The notes beneath the pieces were generated by a model. That model ran no database searches. It was given only the letters and a program-made list of their open reading frames with translations, and was not told the DNA's origin. The translations under genes were made by a program, and so were the position numbers. A DNA stretch of 63,486 bases, filler included, from Octopus bimaculoides (taxonomy: Eukaryota), in NCBI RefSeq assembly GCF_001194135.2. It is 6 parts of 5 records of this genome, joined end to end, with 100 filler letters (N's around TTAATTAATTAA, not from the genome) between each part and the next. Parts side by side here need not be neighbours in the genome. Positions count along the whole stretch, not along the records: positions 35,859 to 54,143 come from NC_068986.1; 5 more parts are not named here. One strand, given 5' to 3'. Shown here piece after piece: positions 36,673 to 51,140 of the stretch. The number at the start of each line of letters is the position of its first letter. Position 1 is the stretch's first letter.

Positions 36673-37629
36673 CACGCGCGCGCGCGTGGAAGCACGCATA
36701 GTTGAATTAGAAAAAAACAAAGCTATTTAGCTACCTGTCTACAATATTACAAAGTATATCGAATCGATTAAACAAGTGCAAATAGTATCTTTCATATCTT
36801 TAAGGACTCGACATAGGGTGATCCGTAGCTTAAAAAAAAGTGGGGAAAGTAAATACTGACGCTATCAATATTTTGTCTTAAATCCTCGTTAACAGTTATG
36901 GAGTAAGCTCATCTGAAATGAAACTGCACTGTCTGTAGCTTGAAGGGTAGACGGGCTGATGTCACTCAGGTCCAACTTGATACATGAAATTAGTGGTCTC
37001 TTGCCTGCATGTTTACTTTTGATCAAGGGTTGCATGTGTATGAAAAGAACGAACAGGACTTCTCAAATTTTGATATGATTATCATAGAATCTTGATAATA
37101 TTGTTGCATGTACCTCGAACTTCCCGTCAATGTTGAGGAGGAAATAACCGTCACACCAGGTTCCGCAGGGTTTTAGCTCACAAGATGATCCACATGGCCT
37201 CTATAAATAGCAAGGCAGAGCTATGACTGGTTAATTTGAATGAAATGTAAATGAAACTATCCCATCTTTACATATACGTCAACCAAGTATGCAGCAATTG
37301 TTTGCCTGATTTATTTACTGCACTGGAGGTCCCTCTAATTGCAAGACGATAGTTGTAATATTCCAACATTGTAAATTTGCTACACACTCAACTCTGATGT
37401 TCTGCTACATGATGAATGTTTATGTGCCGCATTTATTCATCATTCGAAAATAATATTGAATACGCCGTTGTATCAAGATAGCGGGACAGATAAGAAATGT
37501 AATGCCTAAATACACTTTTTGGATAGACAACTCTGTTTTTGTTCTCTTGTAGTGTTCCATCCACTCCCACAAATATTATAACAACCTCATTGCATGTGGG
37601 GAAAGTTATATTATATGGTATCTAGTAAC

Positions 37630-38310
37630 TGCCTAGCATGTTTCCGCTCAGCCTCCGAGCCTCACAGCAAAGCCTCGATTAGTACAGTGTCATCATTCGC
37701 AATTGGCACTCAGCTTGAGAGTGACTACCTGCACATCGGCGTTTGCTTGAGGCTTGATCTTCAGATCTGTGAGCCTTGCTAATGCCGTTATTGATCCACT
37801 GTGGATTCTTTCGGTCTCCACTCATTATCATGCTGCCATAGTGCTCGCCGCCTTCCACACCATGCCGCCCTTAATAAGATCCTAAAACATGGCCTAGACA
37901 ACACAGGTTTCCCTTCCCAACTCAAGCCAGCGGGGCTATACCGAGGGGAAGGTAAAAGGCCGGACGGTATGACAATTTTACCGTTCCGTGGCAGTAGGTC
38001 ACTAATCTGGGATGCCACATGTTGTGACACCTCCATTGGCAACTTGATGTTGTCACCTACCAGTCCAGGTTCCGCTGCACGCCAGGCTAAGAAGCGTAAA
38101 CTATCGGTCGCTCTTCTACAGGTTTATGGTTGAGCCTGTAGCAGTGGAGACAGCCGACGTTTTCGGTCCCCGGACCATATCCGTGCTCACCGCTATTGGA
38201 GCCGAGATGGCTGTCCGCAAGTGCTACCCCGTGAGTCAGAGTAGCTGTTCCAACGCATTTCCTTTGCCATCATCCAGGGCAACGCTTATTCCATTTTGTC
38301 AGCTAGAGCC
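37630..38310 (+). pseudogene. 3' fragment of a CRE-like non-LTR retrotransposon (zinc finger + restriction-like endonuclease)
   Basis: LHIGVCLRLDLQICEP, GLHSLSC..S..RLPHHAALNKILK, KRPDGMTILPF...LIWDATCCDT, PVAVET..VFGP, FQRISFAIIQGNA: the RHxxxN...RPD...WD pattern of REL-encoding elements. Confidence 0.8.
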
Positions 38311-39877
38311 ATGAGAAATATTTCTATATTGTGAGAGGCAAGATTTTTCAAAATTAACTCAAAGTCAAAATATTTCGTGAATTCTTATTCTTCGCAGTTC
38401 AGGATTTTCTTGTGCTGCTCTGTTTTCTTCTTCTCCTCCTCCTATTCACATTGTTTCTTAAACGAAATGTAAAAGTTGTATTCAGTCATAATACCTTGAA
38501 TTATTCGCATTACTAACTGTAAGCAGAATAATAAAACTGCAGCAAATTTTTGACTGTTGAAATTTTACATGGGTAATGTACTCGTTCAATATTTCTATCG
38601 TTATCAAATAATACTTTCCTGTGAAGTGGATGCGTTAAATTATCTGGAATTTCTTTAAAGCATAAATTTCACTTAATAATATTTGCATTGATTTCTTATT
38701 GCTACTACTACAGTTCGCAATATATATATTACACACGCACACGCACACGCACATATACACAAACACATGCACAAACACACTCATGCAGATGCACACATAC
38801 ATATAATACCAACGCCCGCACGCGTGCGCGTTGATGTATGGTCAAACGCGGTGCACTCGCAAGCGTTTGTCGGTATTTGTGTACTACAAAACACCGGTAT
38901 CGTTATTTTTCCCCCTCTTCCACATACCTTCAAGCCGTTTCTACCAACACTTGTCATATCCCCTTTCTCTGTCCTCTTTTTGTTTCTAATTTGTCATCGC
39001 AATATTCCTGCTAAAACCATCACCACCACTATTGCCATTTTCCCAGCAAACCATTGGAGTTTCTTATATAAATATGCATACACATACCCATACCCATATT
39101 TACACACACAGACACACACATACACACATACGACTGTATGTAAGTGCTTGCGCGCGTGATTATACGTCGGTGTTCTATTTTGCTATCCATTAATGCCAAC
39201 ACTTCTACCTAGNNNNNNNNNNNNNNNNNNNNNNNNNNNNNNNNNNNNNNNNNNNNNNNNNNNNNNNNNNNNNNNNNNNNNNNNNNNNNNNNNNNNNNNN
39301 NNNNNNNNNNNNNNNNNNNNNNNNNNNNNNNNNNNNNNNNNNNNNNNNNNNNNNNNNNNNNNNNNNNNNNNNNNNNNNNNNNNNNNNNNNNNNNNNNNNN
39401 NNNNNNNNNNNNNNNNNNNNNNNNNNNNNNNNNNNNNNNNNNNNNNNNNNNNNNNNNNNNNNNNNNNNNNNNNNNNNNNNNNNNNNNNNNNNNNNNNNNN
39501 NNNNNNNNNNNNNNNNNNNNNNNNNNNNNNNNNNNNNNNNNNNNNNNNNNNNNNNNNNNNNNNNNNNNNNNNNNNNNNNNNNNNNNNNNNNNNNNNNNNN
39601 NNNNNNNNNNNNNNNNNNNNNNNNNNNNNNNNNNNNNNNTATATATTTGATCCTTTATATTGAACACTCAATATTTCATCTACATTCAATACTTTATTTC
39701 ATGGTGCCATCCATTTTTATTTTATTTTATTTTATATTGTATATTGTATATTATATTATATATTGTATATTCCATATTCTATACCCCACATTGGTTCTGC
39801 AGGAATATAAATAAAACATAAAAAACAGACAGTGTTGGAACTCTTTTAAACAAAATAATATATATATATATATATAT

Positions 39878-41373
39878 AGTTTAACGTTCCGGAAAAATAG
39901 AAAAGCCTTTTACGTTTCAAGCTTCCGCTTTTCCACAGAAAGGAAAGAGAGGGAAAACTGGAGAGAAAATGAAAAAATGGTGAATGAATAACCGTGTAGA
40001 GTTCAGCGGTCCAGCGTGGCGAGATGATTGGAAAAAAGGAGGTTGGCTGAAAAGGAGACAAAAATGGTGATCCTAAGGAACTAAGGTGCGCCAGCGTGTG
40101 TGAGTATGTGAGAATGGTGTGTATGAGAGTCTGACGTGTGTGTGTGTGTGTGTGTGCGTGTGTGTGTGTATGTCTGTTGTGTGTAGCAGTTGATATATGC
40201 TTTTTCAAGTGGTGTGCACACATGTGTATGTGTCTGATGTAAATAGTGTGCATGTGTGGTAAGAGTACTGAGGTGGGTTGTATACAGCTGTGTAGGTGGA
40301 GGGGGAAGTTGAAGGTGGGCGGTGTGTAGGAATCTGTGTGGGGTTGGTGTCAGACCAGGAGAGGAGGTGAGTCGAGCCTTTGTGGAGCAAAGGAACGAAG
40401 AAAGAAGGTTAGTTCTTGTTCACGGAGAAGGCGGGAGTCCGTGTGGCCCTTGTGCAGAGACAGTCCGAACACAGACAAATGTTGTAGCGAATGACCGATA
40501 GAGCAGAAGTGACGCGAGACCGGGGTATCATTGCCGAGTCCAATATCTCCGAGGTGCTCCTGGAACTGATCAGCCAAGCAGAGTCCCGTTTGACTAATGT
40601 ACAGAGAAGGACAGAGAGACCAGGAGATGCAGTAAATAACATTACTAGAGGTGCAGGTAAAGGAGTCGGTGACGCCATACGAACGGTGATGGGTGCCTGT
40701 GAGGATGGTGAGATTGGAGAGGTAGGAGCAGATGCGACAGCGTGGGCGAGAGCAGTGGAACGAGCCAGACTTGGTAGGCGGGAGCAGGGAAGAAACTGTG
40801 AACCAGGAGGTCACGCAGGTTATGGGCTCGTTTGAAAGAGGGTATGGGTAGGTTAGGGAAGATGTGCGAGGTGGAGGTGTCGGAGTGGAGTCGCCGAAAG
40901 GCTCGGAGATTGGTGCGTTGGATGGGTAGGGTTGAGGTGTGGTAGATGAGAGGAAACGGGAGACGGGTAAGGGTAGGGCGGGTGCGAGGAGAAAGAGCAG
41001 AGATGCAGTCCACAGATCACGTTCGGGTAAGAGCAGTGTGGATAATGGTGAGGGGGTTTATGCATGAAGGATGAAGTGGCGAGCCATGATTTGAGACTGA
41101 GTCTCAGTCATGGTCGTCACTGTAGAGCCTGCGTAGACAGAAGAATTGGGAGTAGGAAATGGGGACCTTTATGTGGGTAAGGTGGGAGGAGGACAAGTTA
41201 AGGTAGGAGTGTGAGCCTGTGCGTTTGTAGTGAATGAAGGTAGTGAGAGCGGAGTGGTGTATGCTGACAGAAATGTCGAGAAATTTGACAGAAGAGTTAG
41301 AGATAATGCGGGAGAATTGGAGAGCAGGATGGAAGGATTGGACAAAAGAGGGGAAGGAGTCCAGATGTTCCAA
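39878..41373 (-). mobile_element. Penelope-like element (Neptune-type), 5'-truncated: RT thumb + GIY-YIG endonuclease + 3' terminal repeat
   Basis: FHPALQFS..IS..SVKFLDISVSI...HSYL..SSSH...K..I.YSQF..LRRL.SDD and CSRPRCRIC...FTCTSSNVIYCI...C.SLYISQTG..L..QF.EH...PVSRHF.S.GH...REQELTFFL; stops and frameshifts present. Confidence 0.92.
39906..39943 (-). ncRNA. Minimal type I hammerhead ribozyme motif in the PLE 3' terminus (non-canonical core)
   Basis: CCUUU-CUGUGGA-A-AAGC(GGAA)GCUU-GAAA-CGUA^AAAGG: 5-bp stem I, 4-bp stem II, palindromic ACGU stem III, GUA triplet; A6 replaced by U. Confidence 0.7.
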
Positions 41374-41616
41374 TCCATGGCTCACTTCCTGCGCTCGCAA
41401 AGCTTCATTAACCAAGAAGAGGCAAAAGTTTCAGTGAAGTAGTTCTTCGCCTCGAAGAACAAGAACTGGTATTAGCGTGGGATCAAAGAATTGGCAGAAA
41501 GATGGCTTCAGACGGTGAAACACGATGGCCTCTACTTTGAATGATAAACTACTTTTGTTGTAATAAAGCAAATAAGTCACCAAAATATTTCAAAACTTTT
41601 GACTCAACACAACATA
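41368..41616 (+). pseudogene. Mariner (DD34D-type) transposase 3' end and right TIR
   Basis: FQSMAHFLRSQSFINQEEAKVSVK*FFASKNKNWY*RGIKELAERWLQTVKHDGLYFE* followed by acttttgactcaacacaacata. Confidence 0.8.
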
Positions 41617-42169
41617 TATATAGGCTCATTCTCAATACATTCTGTTAATTCTGAATGTGAATGTCTAATCGCTGTTGTTTTTCGTCGTCGGAGAATATCT
41701 CATTTCGTCAGACACTGTGTATTCATAATACACGCAATTCATTGGTGTAAGGGTACTTCGAGACACAGTGTTGTTTTGGCCTTATTGCATATGTCCCTAA
41801 TCAAAGCTACCTTGGGCCGTTAAAATGCACAAGAGTACACGCTTTTTTTTGTTATAGAATTCACCAAAATCATTATTTGCTAATTCGCGCTCACGTCTAC
41901 TAAACAGATAGTAACTCATAAGATGCACGTAGAACAACATGTACGTATTTGCCACCATCACCACTCTGTCATTTTTTTCCTCCAGCTCTTTCTCGTCATC
42001 ATCCGTTTCTATGATTCCTTTTCTTTTACTCCATATGTAGCTTTCTTTTATTCATTGCCTCCCACCAAGCAATATTCCCACACCTGTATCATCTCTCTTT
42101 TACTCATCCTCTCTTTCTCTTTATATGATGTAAAGCGCGGCTGGAGAAATCATTCAACCAACCAGCTTC

Positions 42170-42214
<45 letters not shown>

Positions 42215-42224
42215 NNNNNNNNNN

Positions 42225-42476
42225 TGTGCAAGAGAGATGATTGCGCTGGTATGGTCAAGTGGCAAGAATGAATGAGGATAGCTGTGTGAAAAAGTGCCAG
42301 AGCCTAGCGGTTGAGGGTACCTGTGGAAGAGGTAGACCCAGGAAGACCTGAGATGAGGTGGTGAAGCACGACCTTTGAACATTAGACCTCATTGTGGCAA
42401 TGACTTGTGACAGAGACCTTTGGAAATATGCTGTGCATGAGAATACCCAGCAAGACAAGTGAGACCATAACCCGTG
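42225..42476 (+). pseudogene. RTE-clade LINE 3' end (ORF C-terminus)
   Basis: LRWYGQVARMNEDSCVKKCQSLAVEGTCGRGRPRKT*DEVVKHDL*TL...DRDLWKYAV: typical RTE LRWFGHV..RM...GRPRKTW..DR..W motif. Confidence 0.9.
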
Positions 42477-42681
42477 ATCATCTTGTCAGGGAAAAAAGAG
42501 AAACAAAACATTTCAATAAGCCATTTTAACCAAATGTATATATCATGAAGGGAACGCTGACAAGTTATTTCTTATAAAACCTTTAATAAAATAACGTTCC
42601 AGTGTTCCCTTCATCATATGCGAAGCAGTCAGATTTGGTTAAAATGGCTTTGTTTCTCTTCTTTCCTGACGAGGTGGTTAC
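42473..42681. mobile_element. Small foldback/MITE-like palindrome (~205 bp)
   Basis: gtcagggaaa..agagaaacaaa / tttgtttctct..tttcctgac; gccattttaaccaaat / atttggttaaaatggc; atgaagggaac / gttcccttcat. Confidence 0.7.
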
Positions 42682-42941
42682 ATTGTTTTACATCATTTCA
42701 TTCCCACAGGAATACTACCAATGTTTTCTTTGAATCATATCTTGGAAGTATAAAGATTTGAATAACCTCTAAGTTTAACTCCATTTCTTTCTTTCTTTAT
42801 TTATATATATATCTTATATATACATGTGCATATATATATACATGTCTGTATATGGACATCTAGATATACACACATATATATACACACAGATATATATATA
42901 TATNNNNNNNNNNTATACATACATATGTATACATATGTACA

Positions 42942-43753
42942 CAGACATACCTCGGCTTAAGTCGTTTCGATTTATTCAAAAATAATATATGGAAAAACAA
43001 ATATCAGGTTAAGTCAATTTTTCTCGACTTTACGTCTGTCCACCACAAATATTGGAATCGTAAAATCAATTAAAACCGTTAAAAGCACATCAAATCATGT
43101 TACTGTACAATAAATAAGAATAAAAGCATATAAAATCATACTAAAATACGTACAGTAGATGTTACGATACACACCATAAAATAGTGTAGCTTAGTGAATG
43201 AAATCATGAAATCAGCTGTGTTGTCTTATTTATCACTCTTTCGGAGTTCATATTGCATTGTAGTCCCAATATCTACCGTTAGATGTCGTTGTCACTCGTG
43301 ATTCCCGCGATTGTTTTGAATTTAGATTTGTTTACGTCTGTTTATCGGCTACTTTCTCATTCTCATTCGTTTGTGACTTTATTTTTCGCCTCCATGGCTC
43401 CTAAGAAAATTTATTGTGAAAGTAGTAAGCGTCATGCTATGACACTGGAAGATAAACTGGCTATGATAAAACGCCATGAAAAAGGTGGAAAAAGTGGTAG
43501 CAACTGACTGTATCGACGATTGTACATAATAAGGACAAGATTTGAGCACATATCAGACATATCAAACCATGTATTATTGAAAATGCATTCATAAATAAAG
43601 TACAGAACTGGAAATGGCTATTATTGGTTTAGCCTAGAGACAAGTAAATTCGGCCTAGTCTAGCCCAGAGGCAAGTTAATTCGACTTAAGTCGTTTTTCG
43701 ACTTAAGTCGTATCTCCTGGCACCAATTAACGACGTAGGATGAGGTATGCCTG
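42942..43753 (+). mobile_element. Tigger/pogo-like internally deleted DNA transposon
   Basis: TIRs cagacatacctc / gaggtatgcctg followed by TA. N-terminal HTH fragment MAPKK...KRHAMTLEDKLAMIKRHEKG. Repeated cgacttaagtcg subterminal motifs. Confidence 0.85.
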
Positions 43754-44409
43754 TATATATAGCTAGAGAGAGAAAGACAGAGATAGAGGCAGAGAGAGAG
43801 GCAGAGACTGAAGAAGAGGGGAAAAGGGGAGAGAGAATGAATCAAGAGTGCGTGTGAAAGAGAGAAGTACGTGCAAGATGTAAGTATTATTATAGTAATT
43901 TATTTGATAAATGACTACATGATAGTATACTGAGTGGTAACGGACTTGTCAGTTTCTTTTTCAATGTAGGCCAGTAGACGACAGAGCTGTTTGAATCGTA
44001 TATCTTTATATTACATAGCGGTGTGTCTTCACATTCAGAACACATTTCGCTTGCCATATTATTAGAAGTTCCTTTATTTCTTCAAGGATTTCTATAATCA
44101 TTGCAGAAATTACACATGTGAGAAAAGAAACTGAAGTAATAAATAAACATCAAAGGATGCGCTACAATATCCTGACATGATTGAATTAAGATGAATTGTA
44201 TATAATTTTTCATATTTGCTGACTGTCAAAACGCTTAAAAACGAAGACAGACTATTAATAATCTTGTGATCGTTCACTTAATAAAAAAATATTCTATCAT
44301 ATTATATTATATTATATTTATTTATTTATCATCTATATCACACAAATTGTAATGAATATACGTTTGCTGTGAAGTATACATCTCACTATTTGGATAAAAA
44401 CGTCACTTC

Positions 44410-44720
44410 ATGACCATATGGTTTCGGGTTCAGTCCCATAGGAAACTATAGGGAAGCTCATCATATATATGTGTGTGTATGTGTGTGTGCGAATGTGTAT
44501 GTGTGTGTATAGGTGTGTTTATGTTAACCGGTATAAACCGGTATCAGGTTGCGTAACCTAGGCGCAGACGTGAGTGTATGCTAAGAAGATTGTTTCCCAG
44601 CCACAGCGTTTCAAGTTCAATCTCACTACGTGGCATCTTAGGCAACTGTCATCTACTACAGCCCCGTGCCGACCAAAGATTTGTGAGTGGATTTCGTAAA
44701 CCGAAATAGAAGGAAGACCT
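44410..44720 (+). mobile_element. SINE family C-derived, rearranged
   Basis: catatggtttcgggttcagtccca and gttcaatctcactacgtggcatcttaggcaactgtcatctactacagcccc..gaccaaagatttgtgagtggattt. Confidence 0.65.
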
Positions 44721-44750
44721 TTGCTCGCGCTCGCGCATGTGTGTGTGTAT

Positions 44751-45030
44751 TGAGGGCGCAAAGATTAGTGGTTAGGGTGTTGCACCCACAATCGTGTGAT
44801 CGTGGTTTCAATTCCTAGACCGAGTGGTGCGCTGTGACCTTAACCAAAACACTTCATCTCGCGTTGCTCTGCGACAGCTTCGATATTTGACACGTAGTAC
44901 ACCGTGCATCTGTTCAGACAACGTCGATTTGATGGATAGAGTGAACTTTTGTGCGGCACAAACATTTGATCATTATAAACAAATCATCTTTGCAGGTCAT
45001 TCGGCTAAAGCTGAGAGTCCATCAGATATG
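44751..45030 (+). mobile_element. tRNA-derived SINE type E (family A-like head, CORE-like segment, distinct 3' body)
   Basis: gagggcgcaaagattagtggttagggtgttgcac...gatcgtggtttcaattcctagacc, then gctgtgaccttaaccaaaacacttcatctc. Confidence 0.6.
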
Positions 45031-45527
45031 TATATACGTTCGAACAGGAGATGGCGTGCGACTGGAACCGTTTAGCCTAACTCCTGTCCTCATCATCGAC
45101 CTTTAAGGAAGTTCATAAAATACTTTCCTAATAGAGTACAGTTACACTTCCGGGATGTTTAAGTTGTAACGTAACATACATAGCAGAAGCAATTAGAATC
45201 GACCAGGTAGTTCTGCATCGCGATAAAGTACCTGGATTAATATAACACTGATGTAAAATCATTAAAGTGCAATACACATAATTGCTGCTGGCACCGTGTC
45301 CTTTACAAGTAGAGTGAAACAAGTAGAGGCTGCTCTCTACACAAAAAAGTAGGCTTATGTCGAAATAATTGTAAACATGTTTCAGCCAACGTTGTCTGCT
45401 GCTCTGACCAAAATTATACTGCAAACATTATAGTCCCAAAAGTATACATTGCATTCATCTAACATAAAGATAAAATAACATACATATTAAAACCGTTAAA
45501 GATAGTTACATTAAAATAATATAGTGG

Positions 45528-45725
45528 TTTCAAATTTTGGCACAAGGCCATCAATTTCGAAGGAGGGAGAAGTCGATTACATCAACCCCATTTCTCAATT
45601 GGTATTTGTATTATCGATACTGAAAGGATGAAAGGCAAAGTCGATCTCGGTGGAATTTTTATTCAGAACGTAAAAACGGACGAAATGCCGTTCAGTATTT
45701 TGCCTGGCGTGTTAACCATTCTGCC
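45528..45725 (-). mobile_element. SINE family B
   Basis: ttttggcacaaggcca...gtcgattacatcaacccc...aaaggatgaaaggcaaagtcgatctcggtggaatt...cagaacgtaaa..gacgaaatgccg. Confidence 0.85.
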
Positions 45726-46344
45726 ATCTTGTCGCTTTACATTAAAATACTATATTACTTTCTTTATTCGTAATTATGATAAATGACGGGAAAATATTCA
45801 TATTATGTCACAGTAAAAGTAACCTGATAAGCAAAATCTGAATCTATATTTAGATTCAGCATACAAAGTACACTTACAATACTTGTGATAAAGTTGTTCT
45901 TGCTCAGTGTAATCCACTCCAATATCTTCTCTCTCCCAGATGTGAACCATCCCTGCACATCTTGCGCAACTTTACACACACCCATTAAATTTTACCTATC
46001 ATCGCCCCTCCCAACACCCACTGCATAAAATTCATATGTGCGCGCGCGCGTGTAATCATTTGCAGGATCCAATAGAATCGAAATATTCTAATAATAAGGA
46101 TACCAACGGAGTGTCAAGGACAGCATACCCGTGTATCAACAGTGTGTAAGGGTACGCACGTAATTACCAGAGTAAATACGGATTTACCCTTCCAGTTACG
46201 TGTACATCCACATGTACAGACCAAATGCACTCAACGTATACGTAAAATCACACAAGAGTGTATTCAGGCATGCAGTTCATAGTCCACAGTAGGCTCAAGA
46301 TCCAATGCAAGGAAGGTTCCGGGTGTAGTGTAGTATAAACAGTA

Positions 46345-47705
<1,361 letters not shown>

Positions 47706-49460
47706 AATATATATATGTATGTGTGCATATGTGTGCGTGCGCGCGTGTATGTATGTGCGTATATATATATATATATGAGTGCGTGTGTGTGTGTATAAGT
47801 TAATTAGAGGATTCATTAACCTCTTAAAGAGACGCTTACATCAAAGAAAACAAAAACACTGGTTTTATGGCTAATATTTTTAGGAAATAAGGGATAATAA
47901 CATTGAATTCAATATTAAATGGGAGACTATTAGTTTTATAAAGTTATATAAAATCTCCAATAATAGACGTAAGTTGTGTACTGAAGAAGCGTATAAAATC
48001 CTTACATCTCGAAAACTTTACTTAACTTAAAAAAAAGAAAAAAAATCATCGTCTTCTTTCAGTGAAATATATTTTCTCTAAGTATGATTAAATTTTATGC
48101 TCATAATATAAAGTAATATTAAACTATATAATATAATGTTCATCTAATATCCTCTGACATTTAGGAGACATATTACCTATTGATATAACAGGCTAGCGTT
48201 ATTGAACTACATCTATAAACACTAATTGAAATAACTATTATTGATTACACCACTTATGATACATAATATATTCGACTTTATTATCTTAAATTAGCAACTA
48301 AAATTCTAACAATATCCTAAACAGTAATTTCTTATTGAGATTAACTTAATCACTATGTATTGAATATACTTCGTAACTATTTCTATTAACACTAATTGAG
48401 ATAACACAACGTAACAAATTCTTATCAAATACAACAGCCTTTTTATATTTATACCTACTGAGTATTTAGAACTTTTATTTTACAATACATATTTTCGGCT
48501 TAATATCTTACGTTAAGATTAATTTTAAACAATAATTAACAATGATTATTAATTAAATAATATAGATGAACTAAATTCTCATATATTGATAATATACCGA
48601 AATTGTTTCTATAAACTACATTTGTGATGACGTAATGCACATAATCTTTCTCTATCGAGAATGTAAACAAATAGTATAAATCATCGTGCCGATTATATGG
48701 TAGATAAATACCTATGCTATATGTAGATATCATCTGATGTAAATGTATTTAATAGAAACATTAATTAAATCACTAAAATATAAACAAATACTATTGAATT
48801 GAAGGTTATGTTGCGTATATATGCGTATGATTATATGCCTTATGTACGTACTTATGTGTGTGTATATGCGTATCAGTGCATTTATGTATACATTTATATA
48901 TGCGCATGTGTATGTCTATAGATATATGTATATACATGTGTGTGTGTGTGAGTGTGTGTAAGTGTATTTCTGCATACATGTATATATTAAGAAACCGTTA
49001 TGATTAGATATTTTCTGGAAACGCTTAACTGCATGTAAACTAATTTAAATTTCTCCAATCAACTTCATTTTATGTATGATACATGTTCCTGTGTTGGTAA
49101 TTATATCTCTCCTAAACAAAATGGCATTGTTTTTTTACTCACCCTCGTATGTACATCTTTATGTATATTTTTATATATGTACATCTGTATGTATATATTT
49201 ATCTATATATGTATATTCTATTCTATCTTATTTTACTTTTGTTCTACTTTTATTTATTTATCTTATTTGTTTTCATATCTTATTTTATATTTTTATTGTA
49301 TTTTACATTTTATTTTATTTAATTGTACCTTGTTTATATTTCTTTATGTTTTATTATATTCAAATTAATCCGTTAACCCTCACATGCACACAAAAATAAA
49401 AATGAAATAATTCCTTATATTTAATCTGCTGGTGTGGACTAAGGGATCAACATGTATCTT

Positions 49461-49560
49461 TTTCCCTGACGATATTTTGCTCAAATCTTACAAAGGCAAA
49501 TTCAAAGCATAAATTTGCAATTTATTTAATGAGCACAAACGGAAACAGCTGTAGCAAGTC
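49461..49560 (+). ncRNA. Hammerhead-like copy H4
   Basis: CTGACGA (49466-49472), tttgctc/gagca.aaa stem II, GAAA (49542-49545), CAGCTGTA; stem I poor. Confidence 0.35.
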
Positions 49561-49596
49561 AGCATTATCAATTTATTAATAAACACTCCATTTTCT

Positions 49597-49633
<37 letters not shown>

Positions 49634-51093
49634 GTATATGGGTTTCAGTGATTAGACTACAGCCAAGATCACAGATAATTTGTATAATAGGTTGCTATTA
49701 GATTCTTAGTCATCGATGGTGGCTAAGTCAGTAAAAGCTGATTTGGTGATATATGATTGAGATAAGGTCAAACAAGAATAAAAATCTTGAAGTTGCTAAA
49801 AAAATTGGAAAGGAAGTTCGAGCTTTTCTTACTTTAAGACTTTCGCAACGAGAAAGGGAAAATACTTCCATTTGCATCTAGAAAGAAGCATATGAACAAC
49901 AATAAGGTCATTGAATAATGGATATATATATATATAGCAGAAAATATGGAAATAGTTGTTGCAGCAACAATTGAAGTTATGGCAGTTTCATATCAGTGTT
50001 TACCCAAGAATGTTTACGAAAAGACGTGTCTAATGTAATAAGATGAGGATCCATGGGGGGAAATACTTACGCGTATATCTTCAAAATTTTAACAACTGTC
50101 CGAATAAAGTTTTGAATTAAAGTCACTGGAAGTATTATATGTTTGTATTGTTTTCATATATATTTTTTACCTCACTTTCCCATATTATCTATCCATCTGT
50201 CCCAATTTTATGTCATTACTGAAACATTTTCAAGTTACAATGAGTCTTTTTTTAATTTTTTCCATAACTTACATTGTTACTATATCATATTATATCATAT
50301 ACCGTATTTTAATGTTTATTTAGGAAGTATGGTAGACAGGTGAAAAGGAATCTATCTTATTCTGTGTTCTGAAGTCTTTTTCAATTTGGTTAAATAATTA
50401 TGAGTAAGGGTCCATTATTCTGTGCAATATATTCAGCTTTCAGTGTAATTTCCCGTTATCATGACGAGACAGGTATAAAACCCTTCATTCTTGAGATAAT
50501 AGAATCAAAGTTGTGATGCAACAGTGTATTCTGCGGCAGTGGCAACATAAGTCAACTTTTACTCTAAAAACAGAAATCAAAAATGGGTTTGCGGATTCAT
50601 TCACCTATATCATTCTGCAGAAGCCCATATCAGAATTTAAAATCAATATGGCATATCAAGAAGTACGCATTGGATATTCACCTGATTTCGTCGATGTGCT
50701 AAGGCTTCTTTTGAATCATAAATTAGCTTGACTGTGCAGCTTATTTGAGCGTTTATATTAAGTATGTTTATCAAAGACAGAACCAGTGATAAGATTTGTT
50801 CACAGTCACGCCAGCAATCTAAAATCTTTGCAAACAGTAACTTGGGAAATTTCTAATGTGCATTTTTCTTCATTAAATCATGTAACACTTTTCATGTCAA
50901 TATAAGAAATGATTGAAATTAATATTAAGCTACATAAGTAAAAATGTAGCACAGATATAAATGTTTTTCTTCCCTTCTTTTTATTTCGATTCGTTTGTTT
51001 TCTGTGAACAATGAATTACTTGGAATGTTTGAAATTGCCATCAGGTACAAATTTTTTAATGAAAACTGTCATTGTTGTTGTTCTTCTTCTGAT

Positions 51094-51140
<47 letters not shown>

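Noticed and set aside
37190-37230. TATA-like ctataaatag
   Set aside because: An isolated motif in AT-rich DNA with no supporting transcript structure.
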